This document shows positions 15,144 to 28,182 of a stretch of 64,000 bases of DNA, piece after piece (within the stretch, counting starts at the first letter, position 1; every line of letters begins with the position of its first letter). The DNA lies in assembly GCA_013115145.1 (NCBI GenBank), contig JAAPAO010000006.1, positions 124,001 through 188,000 on the forward strand, given 5' to 3'. The DNA comes from Perkinsus chesapeaki ATCC PRA-425 (taxonomy: Eukaryota; Protista; Perkinsozoa). The notes beneath the pieces are model-generated. The model was given only the letters and a program-made list of their open reading frames with translations, was not told where the DNA came from and ran no database searches. Position numbers and translations under genes: made by a program.

Positions 15144-17647
15144 ATGAATTTGGAAATGGAACTACGGAACCGCGTCGGAATTATTGATAGTCATATTTAT
15201 TACTAATAAATTATTAGTTTTATATGAGCATTTCGTTTCATTAGCACCATAAAGCAAAGAGAGACGGCGACTGCACCTCGTAGTATTCGCTCGCCCAACT
15301 GGTTACTGCGCGAAACGCTCCCATTTGAGCACGTATTTTCGGAGGGTCTGTGGAAACTTTGTTTCTAGAGATTTGTTTTCTCTTGATTTGAATGCCATTG
15401 TTCGGAGGAGGTTCGGATCTCGGGGCATTCTCGTCTGTGCTAGTAAAGCACACGACGTATCGCTCCGAGCGGGCCAAAGTTGTAAGGCGGTCTTGGAAGG
15501 CGTAACCTGTCTCATGGTGCGTTTCAGGATGCTACGGAAGATTTTTCTTATACCGAGTGCAAGTTGCTCAACAAAAAGGGGCTTCTTGTGCACATTAAAG
15601 TGGATATGGACGCTCAGGAGTGGGTCCTAGCGGCCGGCCACCATAGAGTTTACGTGCCCCTTTTGGATGTTGTGGGAGCAAAGGCCATCATTGAAGAGGA
15701 TAAGAAAGGCGAGAGCTACAGGCTAGATGTCTGGGTATGTCCCCAACAGTACCTTAAGCCGTCAGTTCGAATACTGAAGCAAATGAGATGTAGGTTAATG
15801 TCGTGTTTGTTATCGGGATCATTGTGTCTTTTTAGTGACTTTTGATTGTGAGGAAGCTCGAAGTGAGTGGTATGAAAAACTGAGGGCAAAACATCCAGCT
15901 GGGAAGGTGCTGGTTTTTGTGAATCCCTATGGAGGGAAAAGGATTGGGAGAGAGCTTTTTCGCAAGTATCTGAAGCCAATGTTCACTATAGCGGATGTTG
16001 AGTGAGTCTCAGCTCTTAGTGTTTATATTCGACACAGGCTGTCGTTCAGATATGATAAAATAGAGACGACACACAGGATGCATATTCAGGAGGAATGCGA
16101 GGATCTCAGTGTTGATACCTATCGGATGGTCATTGTCATTGGTGGTGATGGCACTGTGGATGAAGCAGTCAACGGGCTGTCTCGAAATCCTGATCCTCGA
16201 GCACGATTTGTTCCCGTGGGCCAACTACCAGGCGGCACGGCAAATGCTCTGGCGGAAGTTCGCGGGGTGGATAATCCTGTAACTGCATCCTTCTATGCTG
16301 CCAAGGGGACGTATCGACCTCTGGATGTCATGAAAGTTACCAATGAGACCGGTACAATAGATCTCATTGCCACTTGCATGGGTAGGAGGGACCATATTTT
16401 TAGTATTTGGTGTATTGTCTCCTTCCTCAGTATCTCTTGGTTTTATTTCTTTTGTGAATATGAAAGCCAGTGGCTGGAGGGATCGGCTCGGAACTGCCAG
16501 GTGAGGAAATCGATTGTTGAGTATTTCCATTGGTGATTCCAGGTATGGTGTGTGTGGCGCTCGTAGCGTATTCTGCGCAAAGGTCACAGACTACGAAGCT
16601 GATGTTAAGGTCATTCACAACCAGTAATCTGGGAGATATTGCTTTCGTAAAATTGGCTATGTTTTATTTTAGAGACGAAGTCTACACACCAACTCATTCA
16701 CGGGATAACCTTGGCCGTGACTCTAGCCCTTATGCGGAGACTCAGAGGAGTACCGGCAGCAACACGAGTGCTGGCGAAGTTAGTACTACTGTGGGGAGCA
16801 CTGAGACAACGAGCGTGGAAAAAACAAGAAGTGATAAAGGAAGTTATGATATAATTAGCCCCGAGCTCTTCAGAGACGTTTACAATAAACACGTTGTAAG
16901 CAGGCGACCTCCTGTCGGCTTGCTTGAAAGTTTCCGCCCTTCAGTACCCACCGCCAAAAAACTTTGCGCCACCTTCGATTGACGAGGAAGGAAATGAACT
17001 GAGAAGAGGACAGAGCATGTTCTTGACGACCAATCGCAATAAAGTAGCGTTATTCAGAGACTACAACTAGTTTGAATTTTTTATCATCTATAGGTTCAAC
17101 TATTACATTACTTTTCGCTGATTGGCCTACAGAAGTCAGCAACAGCTCTGAAGGACGCATCTGGAGAACATCCTACTTTCGATATTGAGTAAGCTATTCC
17201 TTAGAAATCTGCAGTATCATAACAGCATGGTATTTATGCACATGTAACATTTATATCTATAGTTCATACTGCACTGTTTGCTTCCCGAGGCATTGGAAGG
17301 CACTAATAGTATTATGGCCACTTTCTTGCCTTCATGGGAATAACACATATGTCGGGAATGTACGGTGCTGCTCTTAGGCATGGCGTACAACGTGTGGAAT
17401 TGAAACCAAAAGGAAAGATTGCCAACAAGCACCAGATAGCATATAGCATCGTAAGCTATCGCACTGGTGGTGATAGGAGTGATGATGTTTAATTCAGGAT
17501 GGAGAATGTTATTGGTCGGACTCTACTGTCGCTGTTACATACCTTCCGAACTATTGCTATATGGTTGGACATCCTATTCCCGGAACTGACCAAGCAGACG
17601 CGACTCTGACTAGAGCGTCATATTTACAGGTCATTGGGGGTCTGTGA
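15144..17647 (+). CDS. Sphingosine/ceramide kinase-like lipid kinase (DAGK catalytic domain)
   Basis: VLVFVNPYGGK, VIVIGGDGTVDEAVNGL, GQLPGGTANALA, PLDVMKV and a terminal DGE motif. Confidence 0.88.
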
Positions 17648-19279
17648 GAAGGGGCAATACCTAGGGGGTCGGAAGGGCCGCGTTACTACGGAATGGTACA
17701 CAAGATGAACTTTGTTGGAATTAATGTGAATGTACCTCATGCATTTAATGATGAGCCTGTGTGCCCAAAGTGATGCCATGGATTATAATTATTGATTATG
17801 TATTAGAAGCAGAGTTCGTGCTGATTTTGTAAAATTAATGGCCCAGTGTATAACGGCGCAAATCGAGTGGTCGAATTGATGTCTTAGCTGATATTTGAAT
17901 CTTAACTAATCTAGATGGTACCCTAGGAATGAAGTGCTCCAAGGGATGAATTAATAATGATATTGTAAAATCTCATCGTCTACTTTTTCTCCGTCTGTAT
18001 GTATAATGGTAAAATCTGATACCAGAACACAGGGCAAGTAGAAGTGCCAACGTTGAAACCCACGCTGAAATCACACATAATAGCACTGTATTTACACAGC
18101 CTTGCAGGGATAGTCAGTGTGGGTACTGTTGATTTCGGCGGTGTGAATCTTAATATCTCAGGCGCCAAGATCAATCACTGAGACAGGGCTGGTAACGGGC
18201 CGTATTTGACGAAGGGCGGCAAGTCGAGTAATATCACGTGACTGATAATTCGCCACAAAGTAGAACGTACCGTCACTTTTATTGTAATTTCAATTCTATT
18301 GCTCCTTCGCCTAACATTACTAAATCAGACCCCATTTTGTAATATATATTTTTGGCCCCGGCCTTTTGACACTCTAAGGCGGCGGCCTTAAATATTATGT
18401 ATGTCCTTTCATTCAATGTACTGTCGTTAGACTCTTCCTTATTTACAAGCATTCTTGATATTATGTCGCCTAGTACCGCCTTTCCCTTCGTACTGCTTCC
18501 TAGTTATCGACTTCTGCTGTTCACTGTCAACTTTCTATCTGTCTGTCGTTGGTCGTATAGTAGTGCCGTGACACTATTAGAAAGGTTAGGTTCCTCTCAG
18601 TAGGGGCTGTAGATAGTAATACAGGAGAAGATATTACGAGTAGATTATTACATTTGTACCAAACTGAACATTCTGTTGTTATTATTATACCATACAATGT
18701 CTTCGAAGGCGACAGTTCTGTGTGTACTTATCGTGATTGATGTGATTGTTGAGTTAATGCAAAATGAGTATCCTACCCAAGTGTACAGTTGTCTTTCTTG
18801 TTTGTTGAATATGGTGTCTCGCAAGTCCTCAATGCGACGTACGCTGGCAGATTTCCGTCCATCACCCAGTGGTCCAGTGAGTGAGAGAGAGTTGTGGCCT
18901 GACAGACCTAACTCGGCGGACACAGGTAATGGTCGGATAGTTAGGTTAGGTTGTCTGATTTTCATTTGTCACAGAGAATCCGATTGTGAGAGCTCGACCG
19001 GGTGGATTACTTGCATTCGATAGGAAAGACCTCCATATACGGAGTAAGTATTTATTCGTTGAAGGTACTATGCTTCTTTAAGAAGCCTTCTTACGTCCGT
19101 ACCATGCGCGCTGAAATCGAACTACGTAGCCCCGCGATTCGCGGGCCGCGAATGCATTTTCCCGTGTTTTCCCAGGCTGTCCAAGTCTCCAAGCCTGTGG
19201 TTCTACGACACTTAACGCCCCCGCTGCTGATCCCCCTAGCTGTTTTCATACACCGCCCTTTTATACTAGTGACATGAGG

Positions 19280-19800
19280 AAAAGGCAGCCTAAGTAGTAA
19301 CTTACCTAGGCTTTCAGTTGCAGCATTGGTCCGATTATTACAGTCACTTGACGGAGCTAGATAGGCTGAGGTTGCCCCGCTGGGAGTCTTGTGCTGCCGA
19401 CGACTTTCGTTTTGGAAACCGTCGTAGAGGCCATCGTCAAGGTTCGCTGGATGCGGCCTTGAGAGGTACTACCTACTCTTCTGTATCTAGTATTGCAGAG
19501 GCTTGCTTCAGAGGGTCCTTTGGTCTTAAATGCAGTGCCTGGATACTTCGGACATGTGCCTAGTAAATATGTGGAGAACGTATACGGGCTGCCATTCATG
19601 CGAGCGAATGCGACTGTAGCATCTCTTCCGTCTCTTACCGAAGAAGACAAGGCTGTAATCTGGGCAGGAGGTTGTACGTAGAGTGCATGTCGTAGACTAG
19701 GATATTCAACTAAAATTACATAGCTTGCATATCCTTTCTCAATCGTAGAATCATCAGGAATGGACACTTTGGACTCCATGGAGGGGAGTTATATTTTCTC
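19280..19800 (+). CDS. Hypothetical protein with a PGY-GH-P motif resembling FAM166/ciliary microtubule inner protein repeats
   Basis: Exon LVLNAVPGYFGHVPSKYVENVYGLPFMRANA. Resemblance judged by eye only. Confidence 0.35.
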
Positions 19801-19959
19801 TCTGTAGATAATCATTACTATTTCCCAACTATCTAAGCGTTCTTTGCTTGGATGCTGGCTGCAGAACTCTTCCAGCTCTCCGCTGCTTATGTTTTGATAA
19901 ATTATTATCAGACCTTAGCTCTCTCTTGCATAGGTTATTCAGCACAGCACAGAAAATTC

Positions 19960-20600
19960 TGTTACATTTCTAGGCGCTGAAATGGAAAATTGAAGTCGGC
20001 GGAGCATCGAAGGCTAAGAGAATGCGAAGGCACATTGAAGTACAACGTTCAGCGTCTAGTCTTGAGGCATAGTTTCCGTTTCAGATGGCAGATAGAGCCA
20101 GGCGACGAGCTATGCGGCACCTCGAGCATCGTCACTCAACAGCTGTTAGGACCTGGTGTGCTAATATGGAGAACCCTACCAAGCTGCATAACGCTGTAAG
20201 AGCCCTCAAGTTCATCGTAACTTACCGTGAGAGTTTCAAGTCGTATAAAGTCTTATCATTGCACGTGTTGGCTGATCTACGCGGTTAGCAACGATCCTCT
20301 CGATGCCTCAGCTCGACTGGGTATTACTTGCTTATGTCAGTGGCGAGATTACGGGATAGTCGGATACAAGGGCTTCAAGCCTTTCTGGAAAACAGACAAG
20401 GATTTCCATCTACAGTATGGAAAACGTCGATGGACTCTGATGTACTGATGTGACACGCTCTTCAGGAAACGAGAGCTGGGCAAGCCTAATCCTCCGTATC
20501 TCCCAAAGGCTTCCTATCACACTATTCTTGTAGGCTTAGCGAAGGTTATCCGATGGGCCTGATCTGTTTACCTCGCTTAGGTGCAACCCAACTAAGCGTT
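19960..20600 (+). CDS. Hypothetical basic protein; boundaries uncertain
   Basis: Open exon-like frames (MADRARRRAMRHLEHRH; GIVGYKGFKPFWKTDKDF) separated by short GT-AG segments. Confidence 0.3.
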
Positions 20601-20935
20601 TTCGCTTTAGTGATCCTCATGGCTGATTGAATTGCTGTTGTTGAGTTGGCTTAGTCTGATAAATTATCAGTGTTAATACAGTTATAGCGTGAAACGGCCC
20701 TTACTTTACGAGGTAGCTTCTGGCAAATAAGGGAGTAGGCATAGTGATGTTTCCTACTCGTAGTGGCATTGATAATTTGCCTGGTTGGCAGCAAATAATT
20801 CACTTACTCAACATCCTTCTCACGTTGGGTAGTCGATCAGCCTCGACTTGTAATGAGGGGGATCCCCGTCCAGGTGTTTAGGGTGTGATCGTTTGTTACT
20901 AATGTCTCATTTATAGTTTATCATTTGATGTGCCA

Positions 20936-21660
20936 ATGGCTCGTACAAAGAAGGGGAAAGTAGGCTCCTCACCAGAGCCTGCTGTTTCTGCCTCTACCTC
21001 GGGGAATTTACTGAATTGTGTTTCGGCATGCCCTAAGACTGGCAGGGCACGTATAGCAATACGAGCGAAGCCAGGCGCTAAGGTACTAAGTGGGTTTGCA
21101 GGTCGAGTCGAGTCTCATGTAAGTACGTGCCTTCTCTAACGGAGACGACATTATTTGATACGAAGGCCAGAGCTGATACAATACTAATAATTGTAATTGT
21201 ACCGTAATTTTACAGCAGCGGTTAGTCTCATGCTTATGGGCAAGTGTATTGCTTGTGCCTTGTGCGTATTTCGCGGTGAAGTAATCTTGAAAGTTTTGTG
21301 TATGTGGTTCTTAATTATGATGCTTTCTCAGGTGTCCTGTCTAGCTGGTGTAGATGCTACAGGATTACTCGGGGTACAGCTGAATGCTCCAGCAAGAGAT
21401 GGCGAGGCTAATGAAGAGCTCATACAGTTCGTAGCGAAGACCGTTTTGGGTGTCAAGAAGAAGGATGTTACTTTAATACAGGTTGGACTCGAGCTATCTC
21501 GGATTCTCTATAGCCAGACGAGATCACTGTAGTTTCTACCCGATTCATCCGGGAAGTTTTTCAGGGTGCGAAAAGCCGAGAGAAGGTTGTCGAGGTGTCT
21601 GATGTGCTGACTGCTGTTGAGGTTTCAAGACTACTACAGAATGCCATTGATAGTTCCTAG
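20936..21660 (+). CDS. UPF0235/DUF167 (YggU/C15orf40-like) protein
   Basis: IAIRAKPGAK|...LGVQLNAPARDGEANEELIQFVAKTVLGVKKKDVTLIQ|GAKSREKVVEV matches the DUF167 consensus. Confidence 0.9.
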
Positions 21661-21889
21661 ATCGTCGTGCCAGAACTCGATTGCGTGGAATTGCGTTCCA
21701 GTGGGTTGGGTTGTAGAATATCCCGAGCATTCACACCGTACGTTGCCAAGTTGACGATGCATAGTATGGATCTAGTACCGGTATGCTATCTTTGCTCCCC
21801 CAGCATGGTTCATCACCCACTACGTGCTATCCTAAAATCACAGAGCTTCGCAAGGCTGGTTTTCATTCAATCATAGATTCACAGGAGTT

Positions 21890-22446
21890 TCACCCCCGTT
21901 ATGTAAAACGCTAGCGTAAGGCACATAAAGCATAACACAACACGTTAAACGCGAAACCCGTTTCACTGACGCGTATGAAAACGCGTAGCTATACCACTTC
22001 GGGTGCGGGGCCACAAGCTGACAGTCAGCTGCCCAGTCTGACGGGGGCGAGGAGAAGGGCCATCCCAGCTCAGAGGACCAGGGCGAGGCCTTGCAAGGAG
22101 AGCGCGGGCGTCGCCGAGCAAAAGCTAAGGCTAGAGCTGCTACGACAAAGGGCCGCAAAAGGGCGAGAGCCTCTAAGTGAGCAATCTAAATAGCGTGGCC
22201 GGTTCCATCGGTGACATTCAAGTTCGAAGTTTCGGAATTCCAGTTAGTGTTTCGTTAATAGTAGCATCGCGTTTGTACCCGTGTTTAACTCGCTATACCG
22301 TGTTATATTGCTTTCAAGTTGGAGTGTTTCACAGGTGTTGGGAGAAACGCGTTTTACTCACGCGTTAACGCGAAAAACGCGTTATAACGCGTTATGATGG
22401 AGGTGTAAAACGCGTTATTGCGTTTTTCGCTAGTGTGAACGGCTCT
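21890..22446. mobile_element. Candidate non-autonomous DNA transposon relic (PIF/Harbinger-MITE-like), ACGCGT-rich
   Basis: Seven ACGCGT sites. The right end CGCTAGTGTGAACGGCTCT resembles Harbinger-type termini. No matching left TIR or TSD was found. Confidence 0.35.
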
Positions 22447-22639
22447 GAAGGTGTGTTGCCCCTTGTATTCTACTTCGATAAGTGGACCTATTGAATTGTT
22501 AGCCGAGCTTTAACGCGGTAGCCCTGCATGCTCAGCTACCTATTTATCGGGGGAGCTCCTTACTAACAGTGAATAGCATTCAACACTTTATCTCGCTCTT
22601 GTACGTCTATGAGAATATTAGCATATTTATTGCTTATTC

Positions 22640-24515
22640 ATGTCCTCGCCTACCAAGAGCACCCCCTTGCCGGGTGCAGCCAATTTTAAAGGCAAGCAGC
22701 ACGATCCACTTTTCTATTCATCAAGCTACAATCAACATGCATCACACACTATGCAGTCCCGAGTGAACCACGGGTATGCTTTAGACGGCACTCATTATGG
22801 CCTAGAGATTCGCGGTTTCCCCGTTCAGACTGGATGCAGAATCTTCTGGTGTACGTGGCTTGCTTTCTGAGGAATATCGAGAGAGGCGACCTGAGTGAGT
22901 GAACAAGCCCTCCAAGGTAGTATTGTCATTATCAGGCCACCGGCTAAGTTCGACACTGAGCGCCTCAAAAGGGCATTTGATGTGTGTGACCTAGATCTGT
23001 CTGGGATACTCACAAAGGTGTCGATACTGACAACTTCATTTCATTATGGGCTCAAATTCAGGACAAGATGCGACATATTCTCGCTCTTTTGGGGCATGCG
23101 CTCGATGACGAAACTACTATTGACACAATGCTAGGTGCGTTTGAGATGCCTGCTCCGTGCATTGCACGCATCACCACGTCCCGAAACCAGGAGACCTTGT
23201 GTCAGAGATGGCCGATTGTGATGGTGATGGGCAAGTTACCTGGGACGATTTCGCTACTCTCTTCCGGAATCCTGCCCGAGCGCTAGAACGTGCTGATGCA
23301 CGGGAGGCTCGCATGAAACAGAAGCGGGAAGAAATTGAGAAGCAACATAGAAAGATGAGAAACCAACAACAGGAGTGGATAGTGGCTGTTCAGGAAGAGA
23401 AGATGCCGGACACAGAGGAAAACAAACTCCTCGGTGAACGTCGAGTTTACCCTCAGCACGTCCTTCAGAGCCTGTAGGTCTGTTCACGCAACTGACGGGT
23501 TCGGCTTCGATACGGCCTAGCGATTTAAAGCATATGTATAAACTGTTCAAGGATGCTGATACTGTGAGTTGACTGGCCTTTCGCGGACTAATCTACGTCG
23601 AATCATGCTCCAGAAGACACTACACTATTCGCCAGTTGGTGGCATTATCTTCCGGATAGATGGAGTAGCTGGGAACTCAACCCTGGGTCGTGAAAAGCCC
23701 AACGTTGGGCTGGTTTGACTCCTGTGCTCATATACGAATAAATACGAACATCAGGTTTTTGAACCGGGACGTTGGGGACAGAAATAGTTTCAGCTTTTAG
23801 TGCCGATCAGGACAATTCCGGTGAGCTCGAGCTCGATGAGTTTATGCGCATGTTCCCCGGTGAGGATGCCGCGTTGGTCCAGAGAATGTTCGATCTCTTC
23901 GATACAGATGGCAGTGGTAGCATAGAGCTCAAAGAGTTCATTATTGGTGAGGTTGCAGAGGCTTTAGCTGTCGGTCACCTGCTTGTGACGACTCTCCCCG
24001 CTTGTGTTCATAATCGGCCCTAGCACACAGATGCGCTTGTTTAGTGTTACCTCTCTCCCATGTGCTGTTATGCACATTGCTTTAGGACGTATCTTCGCAT
24101 TTACACGTATCTTTCGTTAGGACTATCCAGCCTTTCCAGTGTGTCTACTGTTGACAAGGTGAAGTTTGCATTTAATCTCTATGATTTGGATAATTCTGGT
24201 TTCCTCGATTACGGCGAGTTGTTGCAATTGTTAACTGCAGCTCAGGCAGGCATGGGAAAGATAAAAGAGTCAGATGTCCGAGCTCGGGTAGCCGCCATCT
24301 CGTTTAATTCGCTTCGCTGCAAGATGGCTCGTCAGGCAAGAGAAGTCTACTCTAAACTTGGCATTCTCGCAAATGAGGCTTCAAATGGTGACGATGAGTT
24401 GTACCCTCCATTGTCTTTTGAACAGTTTGTTAGCCTTGCGAGGGAGAGTCCCCAGTTACTGCTGCCAGCGCATGCTATTACTAAAAGAGCCACGGTACAA
24501 AAGCAAGCACGTTGA
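22640..24515 (+). CDS. Multi-EF-hand calcium-binding protein (calcineurin-B/NCS-like C-terminal half)
   Basis: EF loops DVCDLDLSGIL, DCDGDGQVTWDDF, DQDNSGELELDEF, DTDGSGSIELKEF and DLDNSGFLDYGEL, with a coiled-coil linker. Confidence 0.88.
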
Positions 24516-24627
24516 TATGTTTTGTGTTGTGTTCCCCTTATAGAAGACCAGACTTTCATTTGACTTAGTAGTTCGTTTTGGCACCTTCGAGTCCGTTCCA
24601 GTCCATCTTTCAATCCAGCCGTTCGAT

Positions 24628-25597
24628 ATGTCGGACCTGGTGCCCCTTTACGAGGTAGCGGACGTTACTGTCGATACTTCGTTGAGGTGCGTAATGTCCA
24701 CTTTTGCTTGTGAGTACCTTGCTTACAACCACAAGGATGGTGTGCTGGTTCTCTCCAAGTTCAGCGGGTCTGCCACTTCGCTTCGTGCTACTGCTACTAC
24801 TGTAAATCCATGGGGTATCAATCGTTTCCCCGAAGCATATATAATGCTTTGACTATGGACGACGAGGAGCGCATTGAGCGACATCGTTACGGTGCCAATC
24901 ATGTATCTAGGCACACCGAGGCTCATTGGGGCAAGGCGGAGAAGCTGGATGCACTTCTGCAATCGTGGGGACGTACCTAGTAGGTACTACCTACGATACT
25001 GTTCTTGTGCTTGGTGACTTCATGACTCGTGATGAAGATATCTACACGGTTGTCAACAAGTTCGCTACTTCCGCAGTGCTCCGGAAGGAGTCTGACTTGT
25101 CAATTGACTCTACTGGTCTCAGCGCTCGATCTACTTTGTCGGACTTGGACCATGAGCGATCAACCAATCCCGAGTTAAACCCAGGTGTATTCGCATGTAC
25201 TGTTGGCAAGCGTGGCGCGAGGGCAGCTTATCATCTCGCAGACTGTCATGATGTCGTTTTCTTACTGGCGAAGTGTGCGTGGGCTTTTGCTAACAGAACT
25301 AGTAGTCCAATCGGCGGGTCGGCAACAACTGGGAAGGAGGGACCGCAAGATGTCAGCTTGACATTGTCAAGAATGACGCCGATGCCGCGCTTCCCAGAAC
25401 AGCTACAATCAGTGCTCATCCGTGAGCAGGTCGATTTAGTGGTCGCATACGGCCAGCATTACCACTCTTCTAGTATTGCACTACAGAAACTGTTCCTGAG
25501 AAACATATACTCTATGACTTGTCTCCGACTAAGTCCTAGACGCTGTTGTGTTTTGCGAGTATTTCGGTGGGTCGTTGAGCCAGACTCTGATCGTTGA
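24628..25597 (+). CDS. Hypothetical protein
   Basis: Adjacent ORFs 24628-24852 and 24926-25597. No family recognised. Confidence 0.35.
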
Positions 25598-26117
25598 CCG
25601 TTTGCCAATAAGCATCGTTCGATTAATCCAGCGACGTTGCATACCGGAGGATGTTTCGTCTACAGTCTCTGGTACGATCCGCCAGTAGGTTCTTAAAACG
25701 CAATCGTTTCAGGGCCCCCAGGAAGCCGTTCCCTGAGGAACAAGCCGCTGGTTCGAGGAAAATGATACATCTTTGGTAGTGCCGAGGGCTTAGCGGACAG
25801 GCAATACCGCTTCGAGGCGCAATAGCCTGAGTAATGAAGTCTAGGTGAAGCTTATTTTCCACCAACAGCATGCATAAAAGATCCCGGCGGACTTCTCTCA
25901 GTGAGAGACTCTCACGACTCACTCACCATACGCATGCGCATTCAGCTAATTCGCTCAAGAAGTGCTACATGCATCCATTAATTCGATTTAGGCCAAGGAA
26001 GTACTACTAATAGGCTATTAATCATCAGACTTTTCCCTTCTAGTGTTCGATTTCCGATTCCCTTCTTGGCCGTATCGTACTACAGCCAACATATTACCCG
26101 ACGAAGCATTTCATAGA

Positions 26118-28068
26118 ATGTCGCTATCCGAGCCCTCGCATAAAACCCCCTTCCAGGCTACACAGCCGAGAGTTCGGGCCGATTTGATGATCTGTCTTCT
26201 TTGTATATTCAGCGATTTTCTTGGAGACAACCTGCTGGTGCCCTCCTATGCGGCTTTCTTGCAAAACAATCTACCACCCGGTAATTTCTTCAGAGAGTCA
26301 GGTCGACATTATGCGCCACTTTTAGGACTGGAGTTCGGCGTAGCGGCATCAGTGATGTCTATGACCTACCTTATAGGAAAGGCCATATGTCCTTTATACT
26401 TTAGCAGCTTGAGTGACTTTTTTGGTCGCTGGAGCTGTTTAGTTGTGTCATCCTTCTTCACCGCTGTTGGTTTTCTTTTACAGGTAAGATTTCCTTTCAT
26501 CGCTAAGAACCTCGACCATGTATCTCGGGCTCTCTTCAGGCTCTCGCCTGGGATTTCTGGACCATTGTTGCTTTCCGTATTCTCACTGGACTTGCCGGTG
26601 GAACTCGGTCAGTGAGCATTGTGTAAGTTCACTGTGAAGCCATCCGGCTGGGGTTTGGTTATACCCTACGACCCGGAGCCTTCTAATCCCGCTTGGTATC
26701 TTATGAATTCAGATATATATCGGACTGGGTGAAGTCGCCTCGAATATTGGCTTTTTGGATGTCCTGGGTGTCTGTCACCCAGAGCATAGCCATGACAATC
26801 GGGCCGCTCTTCGGAGGTCTAGTGGTTAGTGTAAGAACTGCGGTTGCGCCGTATGAACGGTCACCTCTCTTTTCCTTAGTTGGATCCTAAGCATCCCTTC
26901 AACGCTGCTTATGTAGCCTTTGTTCTTAACGCACTAAGCTTCCTCATGCTCCTCATATTTGTCCGCAAGACTCCGTATGATACGACAGCTACATTTTGGC
27001 GTTCTCGTCGTGGTGTGAAGGAGGAGCTCGTACTTTTTGATACTAAAGAGAAAGGGAGCCTCTCCCCTGACACCAAGTTGGAAGGTTGTAGCAGTCTTGT
27101 GCTGCCAAGATCAGCTGGCCCTCGAGTCCAATGGTGAGTAGGTATTTCCGAGGAAGACAGAATCTAAACTTCGTTCGATGACAGAGTCTTGACCATGGAC
27201 AGACTCTGTGTTCTTCAGGATCGCCATTTTACCTTTGCTGCTTGCCTTTGGATTATCCAACGGTGTCAGCCAAGCGTGGTCCGTAATCCTTGTGACGGTA
27301 CAGTCTGATCTTGCGGTATCACCATTGATGATTGGCTTGCTGGGAGCATGGTGCGGGATTTGGATCATGTGTAATAGTTGCTCTTGGTGAGGTCTGTGCG
27401 GAATCCATTTTTTGCTTTCAGTTGGACAGCTTGTGGTGTTCCCACTCTGGTTGAATAAGCTCAAGTGGTCCATTGCATCTCTCATGATATTTGGTTTCGC
27501 GGTTTCGGCAGTAATTATTATTCTGGCCTTCGTGGAGAACCTATGGGCAGTATCTGCCGTCGGTGCTATCTTCTCTGCGGCCATCCCGTTAGCTAAAACG
27601 GGCGCGTTCTCGGTAGAGATCTTCTTCGGAAGTGATTATACCACGATACTCTTTCAGTTATTCCCGCAGTTATGCGATGCGTCAGTAAAAGGTCGTCTTT
27701 TCGGAGTTTTCTCTGCGGTTTCGAATGGGAGCAAAGCAGGGTTCATGCTCCTAGTTGGCGCCCTACACGATGTGTCATATCCGCTCCCTTATATCGGAGT
27801 ACGGGATAGATCTCGCGATTATCATGCGTATTTTATTGTTTTCTAGATAACAGCCTCAGTCGTCTTCGGCGTGCTGGTGAGCGTAACTTTTTTGCTAACC
27901 TACCCAAAGGCTGCTCGTCGCCAGAAGTGCCTGAATGTCGAAATGCACTCTGCCAAATTTGGTCGGGAGATTTGCCAAAGTCAGTCGATTTGGACGAAGG
28001 TGAGAGGATCTATCCATTCCCATGCAAGGGTCGATGGGAGCACTCCCTTCCCCTGCCCTAGGGCATGA
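26118..28068 (+). CDS. Major facilitator superfamily transporter (DHA1/TetA-like)
   Basis: About 12 hydrophobic segments. Motif A-like SSLSDFFGRW, motif C-like IAMTIGPLFGG, and KGRLFGVFSAV. Confidence 0.82.
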
Positions 28069-28182
28069 CCGAGTCTGGCCATTGATGGTTGAGCATCACT
28101 GCTGGGCTAATTGATTTGGCTTTTCTCTCAGAGCTGCCTTGTCAACCGCTTCTGCCAATTTCACCACAAGTGTCACCACAAT

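Noticed and set aside
14525-18395. CGGCCTTAAATATT repeated near 14525 and 18381
   Set aside because: Only 14 nt and partly AT-rich, with no extended alignment or element structure.
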